NCBI GenBank assembly: GCA_028534125.1 | Contig: CM052816.1 | Location: 19,532,001-19,596,000, forward strand | Reading direction: 5' to 3' | Source of the DNA: Lama glama | Lineage: Eukaryota | DNA: 64,000 nt | Shown here: piece by piece, positions 40,223 through 53,109 of the stretch | How the letters are laid out: each line of letters begins with the position of its first letter | Numbering within the stretch: the first letter of the stretch is position 1 | Notes under the pieces: model-generated | What the model saw: the letters and a program-made list of their open reading frames with translations, nothing else | Told to the model about the DNA's origin: nothing | Database searches by the model: none | Program-made: the position numbers and the translations under genes

Positions 40223-42542
40223 CATGAGTATGGCTGTGAAGTCATAGCAACATATCTAAGTCCTACACCTCCACCGTCACTGACCATACATTTTAAAGCT
40301 GTAGGTGATGGAAAGAAGAGAGGTGGATGAATGTGAAGGCCAGAGTATAATCAAGAGCCAAGCCAGAATGAAAATGACAAAAAAAAAAAATTTTAAATGC
40401 AGGAGGAAAATAGGCTACTTAGCATGAGCTGGTGTGAAGATTGCTGATACTTTGAGCTACTTAAAAAGAAGGAAAATGATACTTTCACCTAGATCCAAGT
40501 AGAAGAGCAATTTTCATGCTTTAGCTAGGACCATTTGCACCAGTTTAAATTTTTGACTTATATAGCTTCTCTAGGTAATAAGTTGCATATGTTTATAAGC
40601 TGTCATGAAAAAGAGGCATTTCCTTTCATTGGTCCTAAAACAACTCTGGCTGCTTTTAAGGGATTCTCCACTAGTAAAAAGAGAGGGTCACAAAACAGGC
40701 TATAAATTATACAGGCTGGCTAGGCACGTACGTCCTTCCTGTTCTCCGTCCTGCTGCCTGGTGGGAGGCCTGGAGCTGCTGAGCCACACAGAGCCTCCAA
40801 GGAGCCAGGCAGTAGGGTCCCTCCAATTACAGAACTAAAAACAGATGACACTAGGCTCCTTCTAACACCTGTTTTCATCCTATTAGTGTTCAGTTGATTT
40901 GGTTGGAGTTTCAAAAACTAAAACATCCTTTAAAATCTAATCATCTATGAAAATTCTCAAAGCTTTAGGTTATTTTAATTACCAATCTCCAGCTCTTATT
41001 TAGTATTTTTGTCTCTAGAATTACAAGGTCATCTTTCTTACCAGGGGAAAAAAACACTTGCTTAGATTATAAAAATTAGATCTTATTTCCTAAGTACAAG
41101 TTGACAGTAGAGAGAAGTGACCAGAATCTTTCCAGGTGGATGGCAAAGTCAGCAGAAGCTGTGGGCTATTCATTTCACTTCACTTGGCAGTACAGGAGAT
41201 GTGTTCCGGTAAAGTTATATGTAAATAAAACCTGGATATATTAATCATACTATACTAAACAAGCATAATTATCTTTAATAAATTACAAAGAGGATCCTTT
41301 CTCAAAGCAAACAATCATCTCTTTGATTTACCTTCTTTAAAAGGTAGGTATTTAAAATACTGGCTTTGCTTAAATGATATTCAAGCTGAGAACAGAAGGA
41401 TGACTCTCCATGTTTATCAAAGGTTTTTATCATCAGGTTCCAATGAATAACATCCTGTATGGCCTAATGTACACAGTAGTAAGAGAGACTTGTCCAGTTC
41501 CAAGTGTAGAAAGATGTCAGTGTAATTTTCTCTCCTTGAACATCTATATACCAGCAACCCGCCATTTTACTATGCAAGAAGGAAGTGTCAAATAATTTAG
41601 AAATATACTGAATCACTGGCAGACTAAAAATCTTTAAGATATATAAAAGGGTGCCATTTAGAAACCTGATTAGAAATAGATATGCATCAGTTTCTCAAAA
41701 GTCACAATCACAAAGAAAAAAAATGCAATTTGCCTAGTTCTGGATCTACATTTTTTTGTACCCCATTTAAAATACTGTATGAATCTTACTGTACAGTAAT
41801 AGTAGAATGTTAATAACATGCAAAATATAAAGGCTGCATGTGAGTTTTACCTTTGCCACTATTCATCATTATTAATTATAAAAAGTCCAATATTAACAGT
41901 GCCATCAGTGAAAATGGCACAGGAGGGAACTCCAAAAGCCTGCCCCTCCACAAAAGGTGTGAATACACTTGCAAAAACTGTTAAAATCAACTTTATCATA
42001 ACTCTGGAAACTAATCTAAAGTTTACAGCAACCAGGCAAACAATTATTGAAGGAAAAAAATGAAAACACAAAACAACCCAGCTCAATATTCGTAACAAAA
42101 CTTCTCTGTGTTTTAATTTATTCTGATCTCATCAAGCACTTTTGTTTAGGAAACAATTTTTACTTAGGGATAGACAGGGTACACACTGCACATGCTTTCT
42201 CTTCTTGTAGTCTTTATGCTTAGAAGCCACACAAAAACAATCTGAGGTCACCAAATACAAGGAAAGTAACTACACAGGCACAGTACTGACTTTCACATCT
42301 GTGAAATTCTCTTTGTTTTGGCCAGCAAAGAATCAAACCCTAAAAATAAGTCCTCATATATATTTAAATGATTTTTAGTTTATGTTTATTTCAGTAAGGA
42401 ATTTACCTAAAACTATAGTCTTCACAAAAATCAAAGGAATGTCAAAATATAACAAGAAAAAACTAACTAGCAACAAACCTTATTTACAGTATACGTTCAA
42501 TTTACAATACGCTTCCATGGATCTTTCTAACAACAAACTTTA

Positions 42543-42691
42543 TAGCTGTGCTATCCAATACAATAGCCATCAGCCATGTGGCTATTTAAATTTAAATTAA
42601 TAAAAATTAAATTGATTTACAAATTCTTGGTCACATTGGCCATAATTTCAAGTGCTCACAGCCATCAGAGTTCTTATTGGACAGCACAGCT
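42543..42691. mobile_element. MER3/MER33-like hAT element
   Basis: Inverted ends agctgtgctatccaata / tattggacagcacagct, with internal gtggctatttaaatttaaattaa. Confidence 0.75.
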
Positions 42692-43077
42692 TTAGACAGA
42701 TCACATGGATACGCCTGCCAAAAATGTGTGTGCTGAAGACAAGTGGCTGTAGGGCTGCATCAGATGCATTATTCAGAAAATTCTTCAAGTGTCTATCATG
42801 TTAGGCACTGGGAATATAGCAGGTGACAAAGTCACTGCAGAGTGACTTTCAAACGTGACTGAACTGTCAAAACTGAAAGACTCCCCAACACAAATCTTCA
42901 CCTCTGTATGTATTAAACTTCTAAATAAAGACTACAAATGATACTGAAACTTTTTTTCTTACAGGTGTTTCTTATTTTCAGTCCTCTCTAGGACTGACCT
43001 CACATTCTCTCTGTGTCTCTTATACCTGTATCAACTTTGATCTAACCCAAGACTGAAACACAACCAACAGTACATAC

Positions 43078-43222
43078 TTTCAATTGCCAGGTAAATTTTC
43101 CTCTCTCCTTCCTTGGGTTCTTTGCCAGGTGGGAAATATGTTCCTCTGATTGTAATTGCAGCTTCAGAATATTCACTGATTCTCTGCAGAGCTTCCTTGG
43201 AAGTAACCTTCCACCTAGCAGT
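43078..43222 (-). CDS. DDX46: DDX46 coding exon
   Basis: ttcatag|ACT...GAA A|gtatgt. Encodes TARWKVTSKEALQRISEYSEAAITIRGTYFPPGKEPKEGERKIYLAIE. 145 nt. Confidence 0.96.
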
Positions 43223-43559
43223 CTATGAAAGAAAAAGTGGGGGGAAAAAATCACTTCACAACAGGATAAAAAACAAAACAAAACAAAACAAAAAACTAGT
43301 GTACTGAATGACAAAGAATAGGTTAGCTAAATTATATTATGGTCAATGTTAAGATTATAAAATACTTTCATCATAATTCATTTAGACTCTAATGTACCTA
43401 AAACATATTAATAAAAATGGAATTTCTAGTGTTGTATCACCATCTAGATAAAAAGTAAAGTAGCTACTAAAATGTTTGTAGGTTTTAAATAAGTTATTTT
43501 CACTCCTAAAAAGCAGGAGCTTCTCCACAATAAAAAAAAAGTTTAAATCTGTTACTTGC

Positions 43560-43778
43560 CTGTGGGAAATCATTGATCTCTAATTCTTCCTCATATCTCT
43601 TAAAAGATTCATTCTGTCCACCATCCTGTCTCTCTTCTTCTTGTTTCTCCAAAGGCACATAATTGAGCTTAGCATTGATCTTTTCAGCAAGTTGCTCTGC
43701 AATGGTTTTTGCAGATACAGTGGGAGCCAGGATGGTGCCACCTCTGAGAATTGCATTGGTGGCCTGTTGCATCACATC
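43560..43778 (-). CDS. DDX46: DDX46 coding exon ending at a GC donor
   Basis: actgcag|GAT GTG ATG...CCA CAG|gcaagt. Encodes DVMQQATNAILRGG...LEINDFPQ. 219 nt. Confidence 0.94.
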
Positions 43779-45096
43779 CTGCAGTTAAAGAAGACCCACA
43801 GTCAAATCTCAAATAAGGGCAGAGACAAGACCAGGGACCCCACAACAAATTATCTTCTGGAAAGCCACTATCTAAAAGCACTTTTCTATGCAGAGTCCTA
43901 CCCATATGTGCAATTTATATATTTATAACTGACAGTTTAATATATCTCCCTTACTTTGATAAGAAAACTAAAGAACATTCAACTCTATATTAAAAATTCT
44001 ACTAAATCATAATTAGATAACTTTTGATATCAAATATAATACAATATTTCTAAAATCATTTACACACTTTGTGGCTCCTAGGAGTTTCCTCTGAATTAGA
44101 ATCTTTGTCCACTAAGTTCCTCCCCTCACAACATGCAATAAATCATAGTAAATGACTTACTCAAAACTTTTTTTTTTGAACTTCATTTTACTGTGTATCT
44201 AACATGGAGATAATCCTTCTAGGGGTAATACATGACTCACACCTCAAGTTTTTCCAGCAACAGTGAAAGTTACAGCCATTTGATTTCACCAACAATGAGT
44301 TATTACCAGTAATAATCCCAGAGAATATTAGGTTAGGTGCTGCATCCCTGTTTTCAAAGATGCACAGGCTTGAGTACAGTAAATACTTCACAGTAACTAA
44401 CCAGAACAGACACAGAGACTGGAGGCTCAGATCCTTGAGTGTGGCTGCCTCACTGAGTCAGTCCACTAGCCTCTAGCTTGGTCATCCCACTTGGGTGCTA
44501 CACATCTCAGTCTATACAGACCACCACACAGGGCCGTGCAGGTCCCTAAACTCTCAAAGTCTTCAAAATACTGTAAAAATTAACAAACCTGTCTTGGGGA
44601 ATGCTATGAAATTTATCCTTAGGTAAAAATTGTTAACCAAAAAGCTCCCAAGAGAAAGATGGCATGTGAAATATTTAACACATTTTTCCACTGTCTAAAC
44701 CCATGTTAGTTTGAGTCACATAACTGGGTGCTTGTCTGTCCAAGCAACTGTTTGTGTGCCCAATAACCCACTCAATAAAAAAGAACAAGAAAGAAAAAGT
44801 TATTTCTTTCAGATTTTGGTAAAGTCAATCAGAATGCTACTTTACAAAATTATACACGGCTAACATGCTTAACAGTTTATGCCTTCTAGAAAAGGCATTA
44901 AGACCTGTGTTAACCAAACTACAGAAATTATCCAAATACAATGATAAAGAATTCTGTATTCAGAGTAATGTTAAATCCCTACTAACTCAATATTTTAAAA
45001 AACTTCTTGTTCACTTCTGCTGACATAATTTTTGAAAACCATTTAAATCAAAGAACTTACAAAAAGTACTAAGACTCGGAACAAATTACTTAATAC

Positions 45097-45270
45097 CTGA
45101 GATTCAATGCCCAAATTCTTCTGAGCATTGATTCTAAGAGCCAATCTCTTTGCAATTTCTAACTTCTCAGCATTTCCTGCAGTTGGAGCAGGAACACTAG
45201 ATGTTCCAGGAGCAGCCATATCCTTCACTCTCTTCTTTGAATTAAACATGCTTTCAATTTGCTCATCAAT
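45097..45270 (-). CDS. DDX46: DDX46 coding exon
   Basis: tctttag|ATT...CAG|gtatta. Encodes IDEQIESMFNSKKRVKDMAAPG...NLGIESQ. 174 nt. Confidence 0.96.
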
Positions 45271-46587
45271 CTAAAGAAGAAGAAAAAGGATTAGTAAAAA
45301 TTGAATTAAAAATACCAAATTAGGTATATCTACAGAAACTAATAAAAAGTATCTCTACCAAAAGACTAAAATCAGACAATTATCTTTATGTTAATTCAAC
45401 CACACAGTTCAACAGGAAAATATATCAGCCATTTATTAAGGGTGACACATTTCATTTTTAAAAATCAGTTGCCTACAGCAAAAGAAAAGAAAAGAAAGGA
45501 AAAGAAGGGAAGGGGAAGAAGGGAAGGGAAAGGAAAAGAAAATAAGCCGAGATATAATGCTACAAGAACCACTACAGCAGACTCCTGAGTGGTACAGAAA
45601 ATACATTCCAACTCAGTAAATTAAGAACATGTGCTGTCAAGAAAAAACAGCCAACGTGATGCAGCTGAGTCACTCCAGGGCCCAGGCCTCAAGGCCAAAT
45701 TACATACACTGCAATGAAAGAAGCTGGAGTACGGGCAATAACTCAAGACGAGTGGACAACTAAAAATACACTCATTGGTTCTCAGGGGGGAGGGTACAAA
45801 ATGTTCCTAAGGCAGAGCTCCTAAAATTCTTCCCAACTCCAAAAATCTAACTGAGTTTACCTAAAAAACTAGGTAACAGAATCAGAACAAAATGGCTTTA
45901 CTGTTTCATTCCTTTGAACGAAGGAAGGAAAGAAATGAAGCTTGGTTTCCCTATCATAGCAAGAGCAATGCTGAAAATCTCAGCTCTCCAGGAGTCGCAT
46001 GAGTCCCACTGCCACTCTGTAATCCTCAGGTTAGCCACATCTATCTCATAAGCTATTTGCATTTCCTTTCAAAGATGCCTTTTGCCCAAAATGACTACTA
46101 CCAACTAAAGAGATGCAAACCCCTTCATCTACTGAGATGAGGCTAATCTTTCAAATTTCAGATGCAGAGAAAAGTCTGTTTGGGTTTAAAATTATTTAGA
46201 GTAATTCAGAAAGACCTTTAATGGAAATGGAAACTGACAACTTAGGTTCTTTTTAAATTATTTATTGTCTAATAAGGATTTTGAGTTATCAATACTTTTA
46301 AACTAACATTTAACTGAGTAACACTCTTTTACATTAAATAGCATACATAGCATTAAAATCCAAAACAAAAGCATAAAATCAGGAATGGGGAATGTATATG
46401 ATGTAGCTGATAGGAGTAATTTTACTTTTGACTTTATTCACTTTAGTATTGCTCTAACATTTTTAATAAAAATTATATAGTATATAGTAACAACCAGAGT
46501 CGGGGGGAAATCAGCATATTTCATTATGAGATTTTAAAAAAATGTTCAAAGTAACATAAAAAACTGAGGTGGTTTTAAAAACAAGGT

Positions 46588-46735
46588 GGGGAGGGTACAG
46601 CTCAAATGGTAGAGTGCATGCTTTCTGCATGCATGAAGTCCTGGGTTCAATCCACATTACCTCCAATAAAAAAATAAATAAACCTAATCACCCACCTACC
46701 CCCAAAAAACAAAAGAAAAGAAAAACACAAACAAA
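46588..46735 (+). mobile_element. vic-1-like SINE
   Basis: ggggagggtacagctcaaatggtagagtgcatg...ctgggttcaatcc...aataaataaacctaat...A tail. Confidence 0.85.
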
Positions 46736-46839
46736 TGGGAGTTAGAGTTTAACTGTGATGTCAACAGAAAACCAGGGCCCCACAAAAAAAAATTTTTTTT
46801 TTAATTTTTAATAAAAAAGTGAAATAAAAGCAAAGCCAC

Positions 46840-47285
46840 AAATTCTTTAATACTCTTCCCTTCAAGAGGTGGAGCCTCTCCTTGAGTGTCAGCTGGACTT
46901 AGTGACTTGCTTCTAACAGATAAAATCAAATGGAAATGCCAGTGTGTGACTGCAGAGACAACTCATAAAAGGCACTAACGCTTCCTCTAGGCTTCTCTTT
47001 GCTCTCTCTTGGATCACTCACTCTAGGGGAGCCAGCTGCCACGTAATACAAGGGCAGAGTAAAGAACAGAGACATCCTGCCAACTTCAAAGTGAGCGAGC
47101 CATCTTGGAAGAAGATGGTCCTGTATCAGTGAAGCCTTCAGGCTTCAGCATGTGACAGCTTGACTGCAACTTCATGAGACCCTAAGTAAGAACTAACTGG
47201 CTAAAGTACTCCTGATTTCCTAACCCTCAGGAAACATGAGATAATGTTTGTTTTAGATTAATTTGTTACACCATAACAATTTAAC
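46840..47285 (+). mobile_element. MaLR (MLT1-like) LTR
   Basis: cccttcaagaggtggag...ggacttagtgacttgcttctaa...gccatcttggaag...ttgactgcaacttcatgagaccct. Confidence 0.75.
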
Positions 47286-48176
47286 TAAAACATTGACTTA
47301 ATTAAATTTTAAGGCAGTATGTTACACTAGAAAGAAATGGCCTAGAGTTAACAGGTGACCCAGGTTCTGGTCCTGACCAGACAGTGCAGTCATTTCCTCA
47401 AACGACAAGATCATACTGAATTCCTAATTTCAAAATTGTGTCCTGAACTAAGGTTTAATAGAGAGTATATAAAAAAAAAGTTCTATGATCAAATACCACA
47501 TATGCTGGAGGATTACTGGGTTAAACAAAGTTAAATAAGCTTCTCTTATTAATGACTTTTCGTATCCTTTGATAGGGCTAATACTGCAAGTGGTGGTATA
47601 CACCAGGCAGATTTTCCCAAATTATTTTATAATGAAAACATCCTTTCCAAAGGCTCAAGCTCCTGGGTTAGGGTTCCAAATGATACTCCGTGAAACTCTT
47701 AACTTGCTGAGTCTTCAAGGTCCCTTTTAACTGGGTCACAAATAATGCCATAAGTTAAGAACATGGGCTTTCAAGTAAGAGCAGAATGGGTAATGACCCA
47801 GTTCTTTCCTACAAAAGTTATGTAAATCTGCAAAGATTATTTTATCTTTCTAAGCCTCAGTCTTCTCAATTATAAAATGAAAATATTTTGTGTATCCACT
47901 GGTCTGGCTATTGTGAGGAATAAATAAATAATCCCTGCAGAGTCCCTGGCACAGGGCACAGCACTTTGTAGCACTCAATAAATGCTGATTATTATTATTA
48001 ATAAGGGTGTTCTATAATAATTAAGTTTAAAAGATTAAAAAACAGTATTAGTACCAACAATGTTAAAGATACAGGGAGCCAGGCACTCTTATACACCATT
48101 ATGCTGAGCACAACTTGGTATTCACCTTGCAGGAAAACAATTTGACAATGTTTAAGATAAAACTAGATATACCCTA

Positions 48177-48297
48177 GGGGAGGGTATAGCTCAAGAGGTA
48201 GAGCACATGCTTAGTATACACAAGGTCCTGGGTTCAATCCTCAGTACCTCCTCTACAAATAAATAAATAAGTAAACCCTACCCCTAAAAAAACAAAA
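48177..48297 (+). mobile_element. vic-1-like SINE
   Basis: TSD AAAA(C/T)TAGATA(T/C)ACCCT at 48159-48175 and 48298-48314. Confidence 0.88.
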
Positions 48298-48876
48298 AAA
48301 ATTAGATACACCCTTCCACCTAGCAATTCCATTTATTTATACACTCAACCTCAAGACTTAATCTGATGAATGTGCAAGGTTAAATGTTCAAGGATGAGCA
48401 ATGAAGTAAACTATATTCCAAACAATGAATATATAGAAAACAAATATTTCTGATTTGTTTTAAAGGGATTTGAGTCATTAAACAGTGGAACATCCATGTA
48501 ATATTATGTAGTCATCAAGAATAGGGTAAGAGTGAATTTATTAAAATGGGAAAATTTCAACATAGAAATGCTGTCATAAAGGTTACAGCTGTACCCCAGA
48601 AATTAACACAACATTGTAAGCTGACTATAATAAAGATAAACATTTAAAAATAATTTTAAAAAGGTTATAAAGCAGTTTAATCTCATTTTTATGAAAATAC
48701 AGAAATACAAGCATATGTGAATATGTTCATATCATATACATAGAAAAAAGCTGGGAAGGGTACACACCAAAAATGTTTCCAGTAATTTGCTAACTCAGCA
48801 AGCCTACGGCAAGACCTCTAGTACAAAAGGAACAACTGCTTCGATTGGTAAGAATAAAGCTTAGAATAACACTTAC

Positions 48877-49026
48877 ATCAACTGCAGCATCCTCATCATC
48901 TGAATCTTGCAGACCAAGAGCAGCTTTTTGTAACTTCTTTCTTTCATTAGCCAAAGCTTGTTCTGTTTCATCAAATTTGAATCCCTTACCAGAGAACCCA
49001 CTACTCTTTTTAATTATTTTCCCTTC
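48877..49026 (-). CDS. DDX46: DDX46 coding exon
   Basis: ccttgaaaag|GAA...GAT|gtaagt. Encodes EGKIIKKSSGFSGKGFKFDETEQALANERKKLQKAALGLQDSDDEDAAVD. 150 nt. Confidence 0.95.
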
Positions 49027-49317
49027 CTTTCAAGGAAAAACAAAAAAGTTAACTTCATAGTGAAAACCTTTAAATGTTCAGGAATTTATGGCAATTAAAT
49101 ATTTTTCAAAGTGGTGTATGACAATGTAACAAATTACTTCATCTAGCATGAGAGAAAAAATAAGAACTCTTACATAGACTACACAAAATACTAAGTTGAA
49201 GCAAAAGGATTTTGTTTCATCTCTAAAGAGATAAATGAAAATAATTCTATCAAGATTTACAAGTACTAAATATGCAATAATGATTTGCATAAAAATAAGG
49301 GGAGTTAAAAGACTCAC

Positions 49318-49455
49318 AGCTTTCTGTTGATCTTTGAAATCACTCCAAAGTTTCTCTAGATCAGGAGGCACTGTAGTCCCTGACAATTCAAGGGCTTTAA
49401 TTATGTCACCAGCATACCGAGCTTGATCTTCTGTGATAAAAGTATATGCGTAACC
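49318..49455 (-). CDS. DDX46: DDX46 coding exon
   Basis: tcactag|GGT...GCT|gtgagt. Encodes GYAYTFITEDQARYAGDIIKALELSGTTVPPDLEKLWSDFKDQQKA. 138 nt. Confidence 0.96.
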
Positions 49456-51070
49456 CTAGTGAATGATGAAAAGTGGAACTATTAAACACCGATAAAATGA
49501 ATCCTTGGATCACAAACAAGATAAAAATCTGAGTCACCTAACATACCCTAAGACATCTCTATTACTAACGAATTTTAAAGATCATAAAAGAGTCCTACTA
49601 AATTCTTCAAAGGTTCAAGGTGAAATATCTAAGTTTAATGTCTAAAAACAAGCAAAACCAAAAAATGTCTTATGTCTTTATGCATGAAGAGAAATTTATG
49701 TGTTTTACATAAATGCATAGTTGCACTGTCATGTATATTAATTTTAAGATAGTATTTTATTTTCCCCTTTTTCCTTGCATTCCCTTCCCCCACTACCTAC
49801 TGCACCTCTCCACCCCAGCTAACCTGTATTAACTTCCTAGGATATAGCTTCCCATATTTTTTGAAGATCAATAAAAGAAAAAGAATATGTGTATGTATAT
49901 ATGATGTGTTTTTATATGTACAAAAATGAGGTCAAATACATCACAACCCTGGGACTCTCTAAAGCCTAAGGAGTCACATGTCCCTAGCAGTTCTTTGGTT
50001 CAGGCGAGGCAAAGACTGGAGTTGTAAGCAGAGGAACAGCAAATTACAATCAGATCACCATCTTCACAGAATACTCTGCTCCTACCAGTGAACTGTTAAA
50101 ATTTTAAAACACAGTTTAATATTTTATTTTAGAAGTATGTAGTTACCAGACTGGAACTATGGCCTGCATTGTATGACCCATGAGCTAAAACTGGTATTAC
50201 ATTTTTTAGGCACACACACAGAGTAAGTAACAGAGACTGTGTGTGACCCAAAAATGCTACAGTTTTTACCACCTGGCCCTTTACACAAAAAGTTTCCCAA
50301 ATTCACAGAGCAACTCAGGTTAAAAGAACAAATGCCATCACTACTTATTAGCTATGCAAATCTGGCAAGTAACAATGTCTACATGCCTCAACTTTTTTTG
50401 TCTATTAAAAGGGGTAATATTGTCTACCTTAAAGAGGAAGTTATGAGAATATAATGAGATGACATATGTAAAGCACTTAGAACAGTGGCTGACACTTAAT
50501 AAATACTCCATAAATATAACCTATTACTATTACTACTGCTTCAATATGCAGAAATGTCCATGGTTGAAATATTAAATATAACACCACCAATGTTTCCAAC
50601 AAAAGGACATTTCTGCTGCCATCAAAAAGAATGAGTTAGAACTATATACTTAACAGAATACAGGTGAGTTAGAAGGGCAAATAATACACATGTATGTGGA
50701 GAGGGAGAACAGTGGTGATAGGTGTGGACATGAGTGTACTTCATGGTCCCCATTTTTTTAAAAAGTAATGAAAGATCCTAAACTATATACATATATGTAT
50801 ATGTTTACATGGAAATTCTTAGTGAGGAGGAAAAACCTTTTGGGGAGACAAATTATTAACACTACCTGCCTACCTGTCTAAAAGCTAGGTATCCAATAAT
50901 TTTTGTAACACTTAGGTAAGTATTATGTATATAAATAATTAACATCAACTATTTCCCATACTCTAATGATTTTCAAAATATCCCTATTACTCCTATTATC
51001 CTTTAAAATCCTGAAGAAACATCTATATTTTAATATAAAAGAAATCAACTTTAAAAATAATTCTTTTTAC

Positions 51071-51264
51071 TTTGTTGCCTGCTCTTCCAGTCCGTCCTGC
51101 TCTGTGCACGTAATCCTCATAATGATTGGGGCAGCTGTAATTTACTACAAGAATAAGATGTTTCACATCTAGACCTCGGGCAGCAACAGACGTAGCCACA
51201 AGAAGTTTGCAGGTCCCATTCTTGAAGTCATTTATGATGCTATCTCTGTCATATTGATCAATAC
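51071..51264 (-). CDS. DDX46: DDX46 coding exon (helicase motifs V and VI)
   Basis: ttgcag|GT ATT...AAA|gtaaaa. Contains TSVAARGLD and [14 protein letters not shown]. 194 nt. Confidence 0.96.
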
Positions 51265-51633
51265 CTGCAAGTAAATTAAAGAGTTATAAAACCACAGGTT
51301 CAAATTAAATTTTCCATTTCCTCTGACACTTAGAGAAATAAGCTAAACACAGGTAAAAAAACAAATCCAACTTATACTCACCACATGTCCAACAACTACA
51401 ATATATAAAATATACAACTAAGGAAATTTAATGGCAAGATGCAAAGTTAATACTATTTAGGAATTCCAGATCTGCCCTTGTTTTGCCCCCTTTCCTGTAT
51501 ATAAGGCTTATAACTGCAGAAGCCCAATCTCAGAATCACTAACCTACATCCGTTGTAGGGGCAAAGGTAGAAAAGTAGGTACATTCAGCCTATATTGACA
51601 GGATTCAGATCTTTTTCCTTCTACAGGTTATGT

Positions 51634-51800
51634 AGAGCCTTGCTACTCAGTTTTGTTCAAGGACTAGGAATAGCTTCACATGAGAGCTTGTTAGAAATGC
51701 AGAATCACAGATCCTACTCCAAACTACTGAATCACATTCTACACTGTAACAAGAGTCTTAGGTGATTACATATGCACATTAAAGTTTGTAGTACACTGGA
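51634..51800 (+). mobile_element. MER5A-like DNA transposon
   Basis: gagcttgttagaaatgcagaatc...actactgaatca...aggtgatt...tatgcacattaaagtttg. Confidence 0.8.
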
Positions 51801-53109
51801 CTGTAAAAAGTATCCAACTGGACCACTCTTAAATATGTTACCCAAAGAGCCTCAGAATCAGTGACAAAGTAGAGCATAAAATACCAAAATGTTCTATTAC
51901 AAAATGCCCAGGCCACAAATACATTTTCTGATGGGGTATCCAGGAATCTCTAGTAATTACAGAAGGGGATGAGATAAATTCTCAAACCCTGAAGTTCATT
52001 TTTGCAGCAAGTGATATTCTAACACTTCATATAAAATCTGAATTTAACATATACAGAATATCAGCATCTAAATATCAATATCAATTCATATTATTACCTA
52101 AAATTTTAAATAAACTCTTCAAACATTGAATTTAAAAAAGTATTTGGATCTTACATCAAAGAAATTAGGATCCAAAACTCTACACAAAAATCTGTTTAGA
52201 AAAATTAATGAAATCAATAATTTACAATAAGTATATAATTTTAAAACACCAAAACTTTTAGTTTAGACTGAGGTAACCTGACTACCAACTCAACTACACA
52301 TATTGCATTCCTCAGAACTGTATACAATAAGCTAACTGAAGTACACAGGATGCCTGCCAAGCAACAATTAATCCTCTTCCTTCTCAACATAACACCAATT
52401 TTGTTAGCCACCCAACTCCTCAAACCAGAGATTAGCCTAATTCTCAGTCTCAGGAGGTGAATCATGATTAGTGTAAACCAGCCCTTGTCAAACTTTGTTA
52501 GTTTGCACTCTTAAAATGAGTAAGGACCAGACCCAGAGGCCTTTAGTTTATACAGGTCATCTCTATTAGTATTTAATGTATTAGAAACTAGAACTTAGGA
52601 AAAATTAAAATACTAATTAACTCAGAAACACAACAATAAAGCAATTACATGCTCAAATAAAAAACATATTTTTGTGAAAGTAACTTTTCCAAAACAATAA
52701 AAATAATTAAGATGCTTTACGTTTTTATAAATCTCTTACATGGCTTAATAGAAGATAGGTGGTCTCATACTTTCTGCATTCAATCTGCTGCAATATAACA
52801 CAACGTGCAGCCTCTAGAAAACTACACTACCTATACACTAATAATAGAATGAAAGCGAAAAAGGAGAAAAACTGGGTGGGGTTACTGGAAATACTTTTGA
52901 CCTCATGAACACCCTGAACAACCTCAGAGACCTCAGGTGTCCCAGGACAATACTTTAAGAACCATTATTCATTCCTCTTGACTATGAATGATTTAGGCAT
53001 AAGCATGTGAAGCAATTCTGATCAAAGAGATTGAAAAAAAGTACAGATAGGGGATTATAGGAAAATTTTTCCTTACTTACACAAAAACCACATGTTTCGA
53101 TCAATGTAG

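Noticed and set aside
39989..40330. Hydrophobic and charged ORFs on both strands
   Set aside because: Translations of the GA-rich low-complexity tract.
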